From Candidatus Heimdallarchaeota archaeon (GTDB lineage: Archaea > Asgardarchaeota > Heimdallarchaeia > Heimdallarchaeales > Heimdallarchaeaceae), in NCBI GenBank assembly GCA_019057375.1, contig DXJF01000067.1, positions 1 through 27,534 on the forward strand: a stretch of DNA of 27,534 nt, in the 5' to 3' direction. Below, piece by piece: positions 27,024 through 27,534 of the stretch (position 1 is its first letter; each line of letters opens with the position of its first letter). A program made the position numbers and the translations under genes. A model generated the notes under the pieces. That model saw nothing but the letters and a program-made list of their open reading frames with translations, searched no databases and was not told the origin of the DNA.

Positions 27024-27534
27024 ATGACAGAGCAAGAAGAAGATTTAGGAAAATGTTTAGTTATAGGTGGAGCAGGAATGCTAGGTTTTGAGATTGTTTC
27101 ACAGCTTCATCTTCAAGGACATTTTGTAAGAGTTCTCGATTTAGAACCAATCAGTGCGAACGGAATAGATTCTATAATCGGTGACATTAGAAATCTAGAA
27201 GATGTGGAAAAAGCTTGTGAGGGAATAGATACTGTTTTTCAAACAGCTGCAACAGTATGGAATCCTAGAACACCTAGTCAGATGTTTGATGATGTCAATG
27301 TAAAAGGAAATCAAAATGTAATTGACACATGCCTCAAATTTAATATTCCTAGACTGATTTATACAAGCACTTTAGATGTTGTTGTAGATGGAAAGAAACC
27401 TATCGTGTATGGTGATGAAACCCTACCTTATCCATCAAAAATGCCTAAAGATCATTACTCAAGAACCAAAATTATCGCAGAAAAGGATACTATTGAAGTA
27501 AATGGAAAAAAAGTTTTACTAACATGTTCTTTGC
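27024..27534 (+). CDS. 3-beta-hydroxysteroid dehydrogenase/NSDHL-like extended SDR, 3'-truncated (absent from the ORF track)
   Basis: Own translation: MTEQEEDLGKCLVIGGAGMLGFEIV...GDIRNLEDVEKACEGIDTVFQTAA...VNVKGNQNVIDTC...LIYTST...DETLPYP...HYSRTKIIAE. This gives GxxGxxG, the catalytic S/T region and YxxxK. Confidence 0.88.
   Translation, partial: MTEQEEDLGKCLVIGGAGMLGFEIVSQLHLQGHFVRVLDLEPISANGIDSIIGDIRNLEDVEKACEGIDTVFQTAATVWNPRTPSQMFDDVNVKGNQNVIDTCLKFNIPRLIYTSTLDVVVDGKKPIVYGDETLPYPSKMPKDHYSRTKIIAEKDTIEVNGKKVLLTCSL

Overview
AT-rich, gene-dense archaeal window, most likely from an Asgard archaeon (Heimdall/Hod-like). That assignment is inferred from GGTGA-type ribosome-binding sites, TATA-like promoters, oligo-T terminators, a Rab-like GTPase, an EMC6/RAB5IF-like protein, archaeal RqcH and an archaetidylinositol-phosphate-synthase-like enzyme. 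In order it contains: a degenerate ThiI-like 3' end; a minus-strand run rqcH / CBS-Zn / Mut7-C / AMMECR1; a plus-strand run of small membrane and unknown genes ending in a coiled-coil protein and a Rab-like GTPase; a Zn-ribbon membrane protein; an orphan LolD-type ATPase; a split dppBC / X / dppDF peptide ABC cluster; two tandem coiled-coil plus winged-helix paralogs; gdhA convergent with a receiver-PPDK_N protein; a six-HTH array protein; and an Fe-S / ferredoxin / 3-beta-HSD-like run cut by the window end. I saw no rRNA, tRNA, CRISPR array or transposase. The best candidate for an undescribed system is the receiver + ATP-grasp + putative phospho-His protein beside gdhA, a possible non-canonical His-to-Asp phosphorelay. 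Next is the paired coiled-coil/wHTH heterodimer candidate. All family assignments come from motif recognition by eye; no searches were run.
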